64,000 nucleotides of DNA from Prochlorococcus sp. AG-679-M23 (GTDB taxonomy: Bacteria; Cyanobacteriota; Cyanobacteriia; PCC-6307; Cyanobiaceae). The notes below the pieces were generated by a model that did no database searches, had not been told where the DNA came from, and worked only from the letters and a program-made list of their open reading frames with translations. The position numbers and the translations under genes are program-made. Positions 53,425 through 64,000 of the stretch are shown piece after piece. Location of the stretch: contig QCUR01000002.1 of NCBI GenBank assembly GCA_003208875.1, positions 128,001-192,000 of the forward strand, given 5' to 3'. Position 1 is the stretch's first letter. Every line of letters starts with the position of its first letter.

Positions 53425-53895
53425 TCAGAATTCATTCAATATGTAATCATTTAAAGATTTCCATTCAAGTTTTCTAGAACCACCCATTTCAACAACAATT
53501 TTTAGTTTGTTATCTGAATTACAGATTTTAATTAAGCTTTCTAGCTCAGATTGAGATAAGACTTGACCTTCCAATAGCCATAATAATTTATCTTTATCAT
53601 TCTCATTAAATAGTTCAGACGCTTGAGGGATGACTTGCTGAACTTCTCCAAGAGCACCATTTCTGCCAATACTTTGATGACCGAGATGAGGTGGCCTTAT
53701 ACCGTGTAATTTAAGTAAAAATACTTCAGGATCTCCTAATCCTCTAGCAGAGGTAATGTAAGTTTTAAAACCTTTAGCTCGCATTCTTCTTAAAAGACGA
53801 GTTTCATACCCCCCCTCTAAAGGCGCAAACATAGCTAAGCATTTATTTTTATTTAAATCATTATGAAACTTTTTTCCTGTCAGAAGTAATGGCAT
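53425..53895 (-). CDS. ndhN: NDH-1 subunit NdhN
   Basis: [31 protein letters not shown]. Confidence 0.93.
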   Translation of the reverse strand: MPLLLTGKKFHNDLNKNKCLAMFAPLEGGYETRLLRRMRAKGFKTYITSARGLGDPEVFLLKLHGIRPPHLGHQSIGRNGALGEVQQVIPQASELFNENDKDKLLWLLEGQVLSQSELESLIKICNSDNKLKIVVEMGGSRKLEWKSLNDYILNEF

Positions 53896-53945
53896 AAAGA
53901 TTCTCTTTATCTATATATTATTTCATTTTATGGTACTTGATGATG

Positions 53946-54183
53946 TACAATTTATATTCGGTGAATTTTTTTAAGCTCGCAAGCTAGCCGAGCCTCTGGA
54001 ATATTCACGTTTTTTAGCGTTTCGTTAAAGAATTTGGGATGGGTTTAAACCCGATGAGAAACTTTCTAATTTTAGAAAAGTCTCACTCCTAATATTAAAT
54101 TTTTGATTAATAACTTTGTTGAAACTTTTAAGAGATTTGACAATTAACCAAAAATTATTTACGAGCTAGCCTACTCAAGTCTT
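53946..54183 (+). promoter_or_regulatory. Promoter and long structured 5' leader of the rplC operon
   Basis: TACAAT at 53946-53951, then about 225 nt with several inverted repeats before rplC. Confidence 0.6.
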
Positions 54184-54837
54184 ATGTCTATAGGAATTTT
54201 AGGGAAAAAATTGGGCATGTCTCAATTATTCGATGAAGATGGGAATGCAGTACCGGTTACTCTTATAGAGGCTGGCCCTTGTCGAGTTACGCAATTAAAA
54301 ACTCAACCTTTGGATGGTTATTCTGCTATTCAAATAGGTTATGGAGTATCAAAGGATAAGCATTTGAGTAAGCCTGAGAAAGGACATCTACTGAAATCAG
54401 GTGAAATACTTTTAAAACACCTAAAGGAATACAGAGTCGAAGAGACTTCCCCTTACGAGATCGGTAATGAAATATCTGTTACAAATTTTGAGGTTGGTCA
54501 GAAAGTTGATATTAGCGGGAAATCAATGGGTAGAGGTTTCTCTGGATATCAAAAAAGACATGGTTTTAGTAGAGGACCTATGAGTCATGGTTCCAAAAAT
54601 CATAGAGCTCCAGGATCAACAGGTGCTGGAACAACTCCTGGGAGAATTTATCCTGGTAAAAGGATGGCAGGAAGATATGGAGGTAAAAAAATAACAACAA
54701 AGGGTTTACTAGTGGTCAAAATTGATGATCAGAAAAATTTACTTGTAGTAAAAGGTTCTATACCAGGTAAACCTGGCTCGATAGTAAATATAAAGCCCAA
54801 TAATGTTGTAGGTAACAAAGGAGGAGCAAAATCATGA
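54184..54837 (+). CDS. rplC: 50S ribosomal protein L3
   Basis: [21 protein letters not shown]. Confidence 0.98.
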   Translation: MSIGILGKKLGMSQLFDEDGNAVPVTLIEAGPCRVTQLKTQPLDGYSAIQIGYGVSKDKHLSKPEKGHLLKSGEILLKHLKEYRVEETSPYEIGNEISVTNFEVGQKVDISGKSMGRGFSGYQKRHGFSRGPMSHGSKNHRAPGSTGAGTTPGRIYPGKRMAGRYGGKKITTKGLLVVKIDDQKNLLVVKGSIPGKPGSIVNIKPNNVVGNKGGAKS

Positions 54838-55466
54838 CAACCTTGGAAACTTTAAAATGGGATGGCAAAAAAGCTGGCAAGGTCTCAATTGATTTAAAAG
54901 TTGCCAAAGAGACTTCTTCTGCCGATTTAATCCATAGAGCTGTTCTTAGACAATTAGCTAACAAAAGACAAGGAACCGCATCTACTTTGACAAGGTCTGA
55001 AGTTCGTGGAGGAGGTAGGAAGCCATATAAGCAAAAGGGTACGGGTAGAGCTCGTCAAGGATCAATTAGGACCCCATTAAGACCAGGAGGAGGGGTAATT
55101 TTTGGTCCTAAACCACGTTCGTATAACTTAGATATGAACCGAAAAGAAAGAAGATTAGCACTTAGAACAGCCTTAATGTCTAGGATTGCTGATATCAAAA
55201 CTGTTGAAGACTTTGGTTCAACATTAGACCAACCAAAAACTAGTGAGATAATAAATGGTCTTTCTAGATTAGGAGTAGAAAAAACAGAAAAGGTGTTAGT
55301 TATTCTTGATGATCCCTCTGATGTTATTAAAAAATCTATTAACAACATTGAAAAGGTAAAGTTAATTGCTGCTGATCAATTAAATGTTTTTGATATTCTC
55401 AATGCTAATAAGTTAGTTATTGGTCAATCAGCAATCAATAAAATTCAGGAGGTTTATGCATCATGA
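54834..55466 (+). CDS. rplD: 50S ribosomal protein L4
   Basis: [24 protein letters not shown]. Confidence 0.98.
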   Translation: MTTLETLKWDGKKAGKVSIDLKVAKETSSADLIHRAVLRQLANKRQGTASTLTRSEVRGGGRKPYKQKGTGRARQGSIRTPLRPGGGVIFGPKPRSYNLDMNRKERRLALRTALMSRIADIKTVEDFGSTLDQPKTSEIINGLSRLGVEKTEKVLVILDDPSDVIKKSINNIEKVKLIAADQLNVFDILNANKLVIGQSAINKIQEVYAS

Positions 55467-55765
55467 GTAGATTATTTGATTCTCGTCTAGCAGATATAAT
55501 TCGTAAACCTGTAATTACAGAAAAAGCGACAAATGCTCTAGATCTTAACCAATATACTTTTGAGGTAGATCATAGGGCTGCAAAACCTCAGATAAAGGCA
55601 GCAATTGAGGCCTTGTTTAGTGTTAAAGTTATAGGAGTAAACACTATGAATCCTCCAAGGAGAACAAGAAGAGTCGGTAAATTTTCCGGGAAGCGTTCTC
55701 AAATTAAAAAGGCAATTGTACGTCTTGCTGAAGGAGACAAAATTCAACTATTCCCAGAATCTTAA
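55463..55765 (+). CDS. rplW: 50S ribosomal protein L23
   Basis: PVITEKA, KKAIVRL. Confidence 0.97.
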   Translation: MSRLFDSRLADIIRKPVITEKATNALDLNQYTFEVDHRAAKPQIKAAIEALFSVKVIGVNTMNPPRRTRRVGKFSGKRSQIKKAIVRLAEGDKIQLFPES

Positions 55766-55777
55766 GGAGTATTTATT

Positions 55778-56641
55778 ATGGCTATTCGTAAATTCAAACC
55801 CTATACACCTGGAACTAGACAAAGAGTTGTTACTGACTTTAGTGAGATTACAGGTTCAAAACCAGAAAGATCATTAATAGTTTCTAAGCATAGGAATAAA
55901 GGTAGAAATAATAGAGGAGTTATTACCTGTCGTCATAGAGGGGGCGGACACAAAAGACAATACAGATTAGTTGATTTCAGAAGAGACAAAAAAAATATTA
56001 ATGCAAAGGTTGCAGCTATACATTATGATCCACATAGAAATGCGAGACTAGCACTTTTATTCTATGAAGACGGAGAGAAAAGATATATAATCGCGCCAGC
56101 AGGAATAAAAGTAGGTCAAAATGTAATTTCTGGTGAAGGTGTTCCAATTGAAGAAGGGAATGCAATGCCACTATCTTCAATGCCATTAGGATCAAGTGTT
56201 CATTGTGTAGAACTATATGCTGGTAGAGGTGCTCAAATGGCCAGATCTGCAGGAGCTAGTGCACAACTAATGGCAAAAGAAGGAGAGTATGTGGCTTTAA
56301 AACTCCCATCTACTGAAGTTAGACTTGTACGCAAGGAATGTTATGCAACTTTAGGTGAAGTGGGTAATTCTGAAATACGTAATACTAGCTTAGGAAAAGC
56401 AGGCAGAAGAAGATGGTTAGGTAGAAGACCTCAAGTAAGAGGTAGTGTGATGAACCCATGTGATCATCCACATGGAGGAGGAGAGGGAAAAGCCCCGATT
56501 GGTAGGGCAGGTCCTGTAACTCCTTGGGGTAAGCCAGCACTTGGATTAAAGACACGTAAGAAAAACAAGCCAAGTAACAAATTAGTTGTTCGAAGACGTC
56601 GTCGTATTTCCAAGAGAAGTAGAGGAGGAAGAGATTCTTGA
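55778..56641 (+). CDS. rplB: 50S ribosomal protein L2
   Basis: [26 protein letters not shown]. Confidence 0.99.
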   Translation: MAIRKFKPYTPGTRQRVVTDFSEITGSKPERSLIVSKHRNKGRNNRGVITCRHRGGGHKRQYRLVDFRRDKKNINAKVAAIHYDPHRNARLALLFYEDGEKRYIIAPAGIKVGQNVISGEGVPIEEGNAMPLSSMPLGSSVHCVELYAGRGAQMARSAGASAQLMAKEGEYVALKLPSTEVRLVRKECYATLGEVGNSEIRNTSLGKAGRRRWLGRRPQVRGSVMNPCDHPHGGGEGKAPIGRAGPVTPWGKPALGLKTRKKNKPSNKLVVRRRRRISKRSRGGRDS

Positions 56642-56647
56642 TTACTA

Positions 56648-56671
56648 CTATTTCTATTTCTATTTCTATTT
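56648..56671 (+). repeat. (CTATTT)4 tandem repeat in the rplB-rpsS spacer
   Basis: Four exact hexamer copies. Confidence 0.9.
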
Positions 56672-56679
56672 TATAAATT

Positions 56680-56955
56680 ATGGGACGTTCATTAAAAAAA
56701 GGGCCTTTTATAGCAGATAGTTTGCTTAAAAAGGTAGAAAAACAAAATACTGATAATGATAAATCAGTCATCAAAACATGGTCTAGATCTTCGACAATCC
56801 TTCCTGTTATGATTGGTCATACGATTGCTGTTCACAATGGTAAGGCACATATACCAGTATTTATAACTGAACAAATGATTGGCCATAAATTAGGTGAATT
56901 TGCTCCAACAAGAACCTATCGTGGCCACTTAAGAGATAAGAAGGGGGCAAGATAA
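56680..56955 (+). CDS. rpsS: 30S ribosomal protein S19
   Basis: [19 protein letters not shown]. Confidence 0.98.
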   Translation: MGRSLKKGPFIADSLLKKVEKQNTDNDKSVIKTWSRSSTILPVMIGHTIAVHNGKAHIPVFITEQMIGHKLGEFAPTRTYRGHLRDKKGAR

Positions 56956-57342
56956 ATGACAAAAACACCTGAAATGACAAAAACAGCTATTGCTCACGGT
57001 AAGTATATTCGTGGTTCTGCATCAAAAGTAAGAAGAGTTCTCGATCAAATTAGAGGTAAATCTTATAGAGACGCACTTATTATGTTGGAATTTATGCCAT
57101 ATAGATCTACCGATCCTATTACTAAGGTTTTAAGATCTGCAGTAGCTAATGCTGAACATAACTTGGGTATGGACCCTTCGTCCCTAGTAATATCTTCAGC
57201 TTCGGCCGATAACGGTCCGGTGATGAAAAGGTTCAGACCTAGAGCTCAAGGTAGAGCTTTCTCTATCAAAAAACAGACTTGTCATATAAGTATTTCTGTT
57301 GAATCTGCTCCTAATCAAATTAATACGGAGGCACAAAACTAA
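56956..57342 (+). CDS. rplV: 50S ribosomal protein L22
   Basis: [17 protein letters not shown]. Confidence 0.97.
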   Translation: MTKTPEMTKTAIAHGKYIRGSASKVRRVLDQIRGKSYRDALIMLEFMPYRSTDPITKVLRSAVANAEHNLGMDPSSLVISSASADNGPVMKRFRPRAQGRAFSIKKQTCHISISVESAPNQINTEAQN

Positions 57343-58073
57343 TGGGTAATAAAATTAACCCAACAGGGTTTAGGTTAGGCATCACACAAGAACATCGTTC
57401 AAAATGGTTTGCTACTTCTAAAACTTATCCAACTCTTCTTCAAGAAGACGATAAAATACGTACTTTTATCCAAAAGAAATATAGTTCAGCTGGAATCAGT
57501 GATGTACTAATTGCTAGAAAAGCCGACCAGTTAGAACTTGAATTAAAAACAGCCAGACCTGGAGTGATTGTAGGAAGGCAAGGAAGTGGTATCGAAGAAT
57601 TGAGGTCAGGTATACAAAAAACTATAGGAGATAGAACAAGACAAGTTCGAATTAATGTAGTTGAAGTGGAGAGAGTTGATGCGGATGCATATTTACTTGC
57701 TGAATACATAGCACAACAATTAGAAAAAAGAGTTGCCTTTAGAAGAACTATAAGGATGGCTTTGCAAAGAGCACAAAGAGCTGGTGTCCTAGGCTTGAAA
57801 GTACAAGTAGGAGGACGACTCAATGGTGCAGAAATAGCTAGAACAGAGTGGACTAGAGAAGGTAGGGTTCCTCTTCACACTTTGAGAGCTGAAGTTGATT
57901 ATGCACTGCGGGAAGCAAATACAACTTATGGTGTATTAGGAATTAAAGTTTGGGTTTTCAAAGGGGAGGTTCTTCCCAAAGAAGAACAAACTATTCCTGT
58001 TGGTGCTATTCCGAGAAGGAAAGGTAGCCGAAAACCTCAGCAATTTGAGGATCGTTCAAATGATAATTCATAG
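57342..58073 (+). CDS. rpsC: 30S ribosomal protein S3
   Basis: [30 protein letters not shown]. Confidence 0.98.
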   Translation: MGNKINPTGFRLGITQEHRSKWFATSKTYPTLLQEDDKIRTFIQKKYSSAGISDVLIARKADQLELELKTARPGVIVGRQGSGIEELRSGIQKTIGDRTRQVRINVVEVERVDADAYLLAEYIAQQLEKRVAFRRTIRMALQRAQRAGVLGLKVQVGGRLNGAEIARTEWTREGRVPLHTLRAEVDYALREANTTYGVLGIKVWVFKGEVLPKEEQTIPVGAIPRRKGSRKPQQFEDRSNDNS

Positions 58074-58084
58074 GAGGTATTACA

Positions 58085-58567
58085 ATGCTTAGTCCAAAAC
58101 GTACAAAATTCCGAAAACAGCATAGAGGCAGAATGAAAGGAATTGCCTCTAAGGGTAATACCATTGCATTTGGTCAGTTTGCACTCCAAGCTCAAGATTG
58201 TGGCTGGGTAACTGCTCGACAGATTGAAGCGAGTAGAAGAGCAATGACAAGATATGTTAAACGCGGTGGAAAAATATGGATTCGTATTTTCCCAGACAAA
58301 CCAGTCACTATGAGACCAGCTGAAACTAGGATGGGATCAGGAAAAGGTAATCCAGAGTTTTGGGTGGCTGTTGTAAAACCTGGAAGAATATTATTTGAAA
58401 TGGGTGGTGAAGAGATTACAGAAGAAATTGCAAAAGAAGCTATGCGTTTAGCCCAATATAAATTACCAGTAAAAACAAAATTTATTTCTAGTGATATAAA
58501 TCTAAGTAGTAATTCATCAGTAAAAGGTAAAACAGGGAAAGATTCAAAAGAGGAGGTTAAAAAATGA
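58085..58567 (+). CDS. rplP: 50S ribosomal protein L16
   Basis: [18 protein letters not shown]. Confidence 0.98.
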   Translation: MLSPKRTKFRKQHRGRMKGIASKGNTIAFGQFALQAQDCGWVTARQIEASRRAMTRYVKRGGKIWIRIFPDKPVTMRPAETRMGSGKGNPEFWVAVVKPGRILFEMGGEEITEEIAKEAMRLAQYKLPVKTKFISSDINLSSNSSVKGKTGKDSKEEVKK

Positions 58568-58782
58568 AAAATTCAGAATCTATAAAAGAATTCAAAAAGT
58601 TAAATTCTTCTCAAATTACCGAAAAAATTGATCAACTCCGAAAAGATCTCTTCGACTTGAGATTCAAACAGGCAACAAGACAGCTTAATGAAACTCATCA
58701 ATTTAAAATCATTAAGAAACAAGTTGCACAATTACTTACTCTTAGTAAAAGTCAATCCACTTCTCAAAAACCCGCTGATTAA
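58564..58782 (+). CDS. rpmC: 50S ribosomal protein L29
   Basis: [10 protein letters not shown]; operon position. Confidence 0.94.
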   Translation: MKNSESIKEFKKLNSSQITEKIDQLRKDLFDLRFKQATRQLNETHQFKIIKKQVAQLLTLSKSQSTSQKPAD

Positions 58783-58790
58783 TTATTGCT

Positions 58791-59057
58791 ATGGCACTTA
58801 AAGAAAGAATTGGTACTGTTGTAAGCGACAAAATGGACAAAACAGTTGTTGTTGCTGTAATCAATAGATACCCACATCCAACTTATAAAAAGATTGTAAG
58901 TAAAACTACTCGCTACAAGGCACATGATCCAGAAAATAATTGTGTTTTGGGAGATCGAGTTAAAATTAAAGAAACAAGGCCACTAAGTGCTCATAAAAGA
59001 TGGGCAATAGAGGAAATTCTAAATAAAACAATAACGAGTAAGGAGGATAAAAAATGA
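58791..59057 (+). CDS. rpsQ: 30S ribosomal protein S17
   Basis: [20 protein letters not shown]. Confidence 0.97.
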   Translation: MALKERIGTVVSDKMDKTVVVAVINRYPHPTYKKIVSKTTRYKAHDPENNCVLGDRVKIKETRPLSAHKRWAIEEILNKTITSKEDKK

Positions 59058-59419
59058 TTCAACAGGAAACTTATTTAACTGTTGCTGATAACAGTGGAGC
59101 TAAAAGACTTCAATGTATAAGAGTACTAGGTTCAAATAGAAGATATGCACATGTGGGCGATGTTGTTGTTGCATCAGTAAAAGATGCATTGCCAAATATG
59201 GGGGTTAAAAAATCAGATGTCGTTAAAGCGGTTATTGTTAGGACAAGACATACTTTAAGAAGAAATACAGGGAACTCAATTCGTTTTGATGATAATGCAG
59301 CCGTTTTGATTAATGAAGATAAAAATCCAAAAGGTACAAGAGTATTTGGTCCAGTAGCAAGGGAATTACGTGATAAGAATTTTACAAAGATCGTTTCTTT
59401 AGCTCCGGAGGTTATTTAA
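59054..59419 (+). CDS. rplN: 50S ribosomal protein L14
   Basis: [21 protein letters not shown]. Confidence 0.98.
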   Translation: MIQQETYLTVADNSGAKRLQCIRVLGSNRRYAHVGDVVVASVKDALPNMGVKKSDVVKAVIVRTRHTLRRNTGNSIRFDDNAAVLINEDKNPKGTRVFGPVARELRDKNFTKIVSLAPEVI

Positions 59420-59776
59420 ATGTTGGACTCACTTAAACAAAAGAAAAATTTCAAACGAATAAAAATGAGAATTAAAACAGGAGATTTAGTCAAAGTTATT
59501 AACGGTAAAGAAAAAGGTAAGACTGGTGAAGTATTAAAAACTATCCCTCTAGAGAATAGAGTAGTTGTGAAGGGAGTAAATCTTAGAACAAAACATGTAA
59601 AACCTACTCAAGAAGGTGAAAGTGGGAGAATATTGACAGAAGAAGCATCATTACACGCTTCTAATGTAATGTTTTTTTCAAAGGATAAAAATCTAATAAG
59701 TAAAATAGAATATTTTATTGATAAAGAGGGAGTTAAAAAAAGGAGATTAAAAAAAACTGGTGAACTAATTGATTAA
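59420..59776 (+). CDS. rplX: 50S ribosomal protein L24
   Basis: KOW motif [22 protein letters not shown]. Confidence 0.96.
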   Translation: MLDSLKQKKNFKRIKMRIKTGDLVKVINGKEKGKTGEVLKTIPLENRVVVKGVNLRTKHVKPTQEGESGRILTEEASLHASNVMFFSKDKNLISKIEYFIDKEGVKKRRLKKTGELID

Positions 59777-59851
59777 ATTCTTCATCAAAAACGAGATTTC
59801 AATTTTCTTATTACACAATTCTGACAAAGACCAGAATTAATTACAAAAATC

Positions 59852-60388
59852 ATGACTCTTAAAACTCGCTACAAAGAAGCAATAAGACCAAAGCTTTTAA
59901 AAGACCTTGGTCTTAAAAATATTCATCAAGTACCCAAGGTTATTAAAGTTAACGTAAATAGAGGTCTTGGAGAAGCTGCTTCAAATTCAAAGGCTTTAGA
60001 GGCCTCTTTAAATGAAATGGCAACTATTACGGGACAAAAAGCTTTAGTTACAAGATCCAAAAAAGCAATTGCTGGCTTTAAAATAAGGGAAGGAATGGCA
60101 ATTGGCTGTACCGTTACCCTTAGGGGAGATAGAATGTATTCTTTTTTAGAAAGATTTATAAATCTAGCCTTACCAAGAATTAGAGACTTCAGAGGTGTTA
60201 ATCCAAAAAGCTTTGATGGAAGAGGTAATTATACTTTAGGAGTAAAAGAACAATTGATATTTCCTGAAATTTCATTTGATAAAATAGATTCTATTAGAGG
60301 AATGGATATAACAATCGTAACCAGCGCCTCAACCGATCAAGAGGGTAAAGCTCTCTTGAAAGAGCTAGGAATGCCTTTTAGCAATTAA
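59852..60388 (+). CDS. rplE: 50S ribosomal protein L5
   Basis: [21 protein letters not shown]. Confidence 0.98.
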   Translation: MTLKTRYKEAIRPKLLKDLGLKNIHQVPKVIKVNVNRGLGEAASNSKALEASLNEMATITGQKALVTRSKKAIAGFKIREGMAIGCTVTLRGDRMYSFLERFINLALPRIRDFRGVNPKSFDGRGNYTLGVKEQLIFPEISFDKIDSIRGMDITIVTSASTDQEGKALLKELGMPFSN

Positions 60389-60398
60389 CTTTATAAAC

Positions 60399-60800
60399 AT
60401 GTCAAATCACGATCCTATTTCAGATATGCTTACTCGTATAAGAAATGCGAGTCAAAAAAAGCATACATCCACCGCAATCCCAGCTTCTAAAATGTCTCTT
60501 AGCATAGCTAAAGTTCTGCAAAAAGAAGGCTTCATAACTGATATTAATGAGGAAGGTGAAGGTTACAAGTCGCAAATAGTTTTAGGACTTAAATATAGTG
60601 GTAAAAATAAATTTCCTACTATCAGATCAATGCAAAGAGTAAGTAAGCCTGGATTGAGAGTTTATAAAAATACAAAGGGCTTACCAAAAGTTCTTGGAGG
60701 TCTTGGAGTTGCTATAGTATCAACTTCAAAGGGTGTAATGAGTGACCGTGACGCAAGGAAACAAGGCATCGGTGGCGAAGTTCTTTGTTATGTTTATTAA
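60399..60800 (+). CDS. rpsH: 30S ribosomal protein S8
   Basis: [28 protein letters not shown]. Confidence 0.98.
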   Translation: MSNHDPISDMLTRIRNASQKKHTSTAIPASKMSLSIAKVLQKEGFITDINEEGEGYKSQIVLGLKYSGKNKFPTIRSMQRVSKPGLRVYKNTKGLPKVLGGLGVAIVSTSKGVMSDRDARKQGIGGEVLCYVY

Positions 60801-60812
60801 GAGGTATTAATT

Positions 60813-61352
60813 ATGTCAAGAATAGGAAAATCTCCAGTACAAATACCAGAAAAGGTATCTGTTGATATTAAGGGATTAAGTATTACCGTAAAGGGTCCAA
60901 AAGGGGAACTTAAAAGACTGATGCCTGAAGGTGTAAATTTTGATCAGAAAGAAAATCAGATTGTTGTTACTCCAGCAACTACGAAAAGATATTCACGGGA
61001 AAGGCATGGTCTTTGTAGAACATTGATTTCAAATATGGTTCAGGGAGTTACTGAAGGCTACTCAAAGAAATTGGAAATAGTAGGTGTTGGATCTAGGGCT
61101 CAAGTTAAAGGAAAAAATTTAGTAGTAAGTGCTGGATATAGTCATCCGGTAGAAATGACCCCCCCCGATGGTATAACATACAAAGTTGAAAGTAATACTA
61201 ATGTAACTGTATCTGGAATTGATAAAGAAATTGTTGGAAATGAAGCAGCAAAAATCAGATCAATCAGACCTCCAGAACCCTATAAAGGTAAAGGTATCAA
61301 ATACCAAGATGAGAGAATCATCAGAAAAGCTGGCAAATCCGGCAAAAAATAA
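60813..61352 (+). CDS. rplF: 50S ribosomal protein L6
   Basis: [14 protein letters not shown]. Confidence 0.98.
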   Translation: MSRIGKSPVQIPEKVSVDIKGLSITVKGPKGELKRLMPEGVNFDQKENQIVVTPATTKRYSRERHGLCRTLISNMVQGVTEGYSKKLEIVGVGSRAQVKGKNLVVSAGYSHPVEMTPPDGITYKVESNTNVTVSGIDKEIVGNEAAKIRSIRPPEPYKGKGIKYQDERIIRKAGKSGKK

Positions 61353-61366
61353 TTGCTTTAAAAATC

Positions 61367-61735
61367 ATGGCTAAAATTTCAAGGAAACATCAAACTCAAA
61401 AAAGGCATAAAAGATTAAGGCGTTACTTAATCGGTAGTAGCACACGACCAAGATTAGCTGTTTTCCGTTCAAATAATCATATTTATGCCCAAGTTATTGA
61501 TGACGATGCACAACAAACTATATGTTCTGCTTCTACTGTAGATAAAGAACTAAAGGAAGATGAAAGAAAACTCTCATCTAACTGCAGCTCTTCTTCAATT
61601 GTTGGTAAGTTATTAGCTAAAAGAGCAATGAAGAAAGGTGTTAAACAAGTAATTTTTGATCGAGGTGGGAATTTATACCATGGGAGAGTTAAAGCTCTAG
61701 CAGATGCGGCCCGTGATGCAGGCTTGAATTTCTAA
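61367..61735 (+). CDS. rplR: 50S ribosomal protein L18
   Basis: [22 protein letters not shown]. Confidence 0.97.
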   Translation: MAKISRKHQTQKRHKRLRRYLIGSSTRPRLAVFRSNNHIYAQVIDDDAQQTICSASTVDKELKEDERKLSSNCSSSSIVGKLLAKRAMKKGVKQVIFDRGGNLYHGRVKALADAARDAGLNF

Positions 61736-61750
61736 ATATTTATTTTTATC

Positions 61751-62371
61751 ATGACAGACACTCCAACAAAACAAGAAAATCAGTTAAAGACTGAGAATGC
61801 ACCATCATCTAATGCTAATGAGCAGAGGAGAGGTAATCGTAATAATGATCGAAAAAGAAATCGAAGAGGTGACTCTAAAAATGAGAGGGATTCTGAGTGG
61901 CAAGAAAGAGTTGTTCAAATTAGAAGAGTATCTAAAACAGTAAAAGGTGGTAAAAAAATGAGTTTTAGAGCAATTGTTGTTGTTGGGAATGAGAAAGGAC
62001 AAGTAGGAGTAGGAGTAGGGAAGGCAGGAGATGTTATTGGAGCAGTAAGGAAAGGAGTCTCAGACGGTAAAAAACATCTTGTTAGAGTTCCCTTAACTCC
62101 AAATAATTCTATACCTACCTTATCTAAAGGTAGAGATGGAGCAGCGAATGTACTTATTAGACCTGCTGCACCTGGTACGGGTGTAATTGCTGGTGGCTCA
62201 ATTAGGACAGTTCTAGAATTAGCAGGCATAAAAAACGTCTTAGCTAAAAGATTAGGTAGTAAAACTCCTCTAAATAATGCGAGAGCTGCGATGGTGGCTC
62301 TTTCCCAATTAAGAACCCACAAATCTGCCTCTAGAGAGAGAGGTATTTCTCTTGAACAGCTTTATTCTTAA
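61751..62371 (+). CDS. rpsE: 30S ribosomal protein S5
   Basis: [21 protein letters not shown]. Confidence 0.98.
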   Translation: MTDTPTKQENQLKTENAPSSNANEQRRGNRNNDRKRNRRGDSKNERDSEWQERVVQIRRVSKTVKGGKKMSFRAIVVVGNEKGQVGVGVGKAGDVIGAVRKGVSDGKKHLVRVPLTPNNSIPTLSKGRDGAANVLIRPAAPGTGVIAGGSIRTVLELAGIKNVLAKRLGSKTPLNNARAAMVALSQLRTHKSASRERGISLEQLYS

Positions 62372-62375
62372 AATT

Positions 62376-62834
62376 ATGACTTCAACTTTAAATACACTAA
62401 AATCAAACACAGGTTCAAGAAAGAAAAAATTAAGAAAGGGTAGAGGTATCGCAGCAGGGCAGGGAGCTTCTTGTGGTTTTGGTATGAGAGGACAGAAATC
62501 TCGATCCGGTAGACCTACTCGGCCTGGATTTGAAGGTGGTCAAATGCCCCTCTACAGAAGAGTTCCCAAGTTAAAGCATTTTGAAATTATTAATCAAAAA
62601 AATTTTTCAATAGTTAATCTAAGCAAATTAAGTGAATTCAAAGAAAGTGAGGTTGTTAACATAGATTCACTTGTGAAAAAAAAGTTGTTATTTAAGCCGA
62701 AATTTCCTCTCAAAATTTTAGGTAATGGTGAAGTTAAAGTAAAATTAAAAGTTCAAGCTCATGCATTCACTAAAGTTGCCAAGGAAAAAATAGAAGCTGC
62801 AGGTGGATCTTGCGAAATTATTAATAATAAATAA
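62376..62834 (+). CDS. rplO: 50S ribosomal protein L15
   Basis: [21 protein letters not shown] 62376 preferred. Confidence 0.97.
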   Translation: MTSTLNTLKSNTGSRKKKLRKGRGIAAGQGASCGFGMRGQKSRSGRPTRPGFEGGQMPLYRRVPKLKHFEIINQKNFSIVNLSKLSEFKESEVVNIDSLVKKKLLFKPKFPLKILGNGEVKVKLKVQAHAFTKVAKEKIEAAGGSCEIINNK

Positions 62835-62863
62835 ATTTACTTATAATTTAATTTCACTTGCCG

Positions 62864-64000
62864 ATGTTAATTAACAAAAGTAGAAATCCTAGTGCTTCAG
62901 AAATAGTCACTCAATTATTTTTAAATAAAGAGTTAAGGAATCGAGTTTTAACAACTTTAGGTCTTCTCCTTTTGGTCCGACTGGGCATTTATATACCAAT
63001 GCCTGGAATTGATAGAGTTGCGTTTAAAAGTTTTATTGACCAGGGTGGTCAATTAATTGGTTTTCTAGATATTTTTACTGGGGGAGGAATTTCAACCTTA
63101 GGAATATTTGCTCTTGGAATTTTACCATTTATTAATGCTTCAATTATTATTCAACTTTTGACTGCTTCATTACCTGTTCTTGAAGATTTGCAAAAAAATG
63201 AGGGTGAAGCAGGTAGAAGAAAAATTGCTCAGATTACCAGATATGTTTCTTTGGGATGGGGTTTTTTACAAAGTATCATATTCTCATTAATTCTTAGACA
63301 ATACGCTATCGAGGGTATAAGTGAAAGTGCTTTTGTTTTGCAAACATCTATTGCCCTTGTGACAGGCTCAATGATAGTAATGTGGTTTAGTGAAATTATT
63401 ACGGAGAAAGGAATAGGTCAAGGAGCCTCATTGGTGATCTTCTTAAATATTGTTGCAACCTTGCCAAAAGCTTTGAGTTCAACTATTGAAAAAGCACAAA
63501 CTGGCGATCGTGGAGATGTTCTCGGTATAGCCGTTTTACTCGGAGTCTTTTTATTAACAATCGTAGGAATAATTTTTGTTCAAGAAGGCGCAAGACGCAT
63601 ACCAATTGTTAGTGCAAAAAGACAGATAGGTAATTCTTCACTACTTCCAACAAGACAAAGTTATTTGCCATTAAAGTTGAATGCTGGAGGAGTCATGCCA
63701 ATTATCTTTGCATCTGCCTTGATATTTTTACCAATAACAGTTGCAAATGTTACCGGGAATCCAATTCTAATTAAATTAGCTGGCAGTTTAAATCCGGGTT
63801 CTTCCAATCCATGGCCATATGCACTAACATTTTTTGCTTTAATTTTAGGTTTCTCATACTTTTATGCCTCTCTCACCATTAATCCAGTAGATGTAGCATC
63901 TAATTTAAAAAAGGGAGGAGTTGCTATTCCTGGAGTAAGACCTGGTTCTAATACAGCAAATTACTTGTCAGGTATTCAAAATAGGCTGACACTATTAGGA
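62864..64000 (+). CDS. secY: Preprotein translocase subunit SecY (truncated by the window edge; not in the ORF track)
   Basis: MLINKSRNP...LVRLGIYIPMPGID, FALGILPFINASII, LPLKLNAGGVMPIIFA, IPGVRPG; follows rplO. Confidence 0.97.
   Translation, partial: MLINKSRNPSASEIVTQLFLNKELRNRVLTTLGLLLLVRLGIYIPMPGIDRVAFKSFIDQGGQLIGFLDIFTGGGISTLGIFALGILPFINASIIIQLLTASLPVLEDLQKNEGEAGRRKIAQITRYVSLGWGFLQSIIFSLILRQYAIEGISESAFVLQTSIALVTGSMIVMWFSEIITEKGIGQGASLVIFLNIVATLPKALSSTIEKAQTGDRGDVLGIAVLLGVFLLTIVGIIFVQEGARRIPIVSAKRQIGNSSLLPTRQSYLPLKLNAGGVMPIIFASALIFLPITVANVTGNPILIKLAGSLNPGSSNPWPYALTFFALILGFSYFYASLTINPVDVASNLKKGGVAIPGVRPGSNTANYLSGIQNRLTLLG

Noticed and set aside
53896..62834. Absence of rpsJ, rpsN and rpmD from the ribosomal cluster
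   Set aside because: This is the normal cyanobacterial arrangement

Overview
This is a densely packed, AT-rich core-genome segment of a marine picocyanobacterium, most likely a high-light Prochlorococcus (inferred from gene content, compact spacers and protein style). It carries central carbon and lipid genes (tktA, fabF, acpP, glmS, glgP, icd, ppc), photosynthesis and tetrapyrrole genes (psaC, psaD, ndhS, ndhN, ho1-pebA-pebB, hemF, ccb1), and RNA-processing genes (rnpB, rnc, rimM, rnd). It also has recF, recA with a LexA box, four tRNAs, and the rplC-to-secY ribosomal protein cluster, which is cut at the right edge. I found no mobile element, prophage, CRISPR array or defence island, and no convincing novel multi-gene system. 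The best leads are small: a recF with no canonical start codon before its Walker A motif, an unlisted 53-aa Cys4 microprotein, a Cys-depleted Mrp/ApbC, a degenerate DinG-like helicase, a CDS frame open through an antisense tRNA-Cys, a probable pseudogene relic near tRNA-Arg(CCT), and structured leaders in the ribosomal operon. All calls come from reading motifs; no database searches were run.
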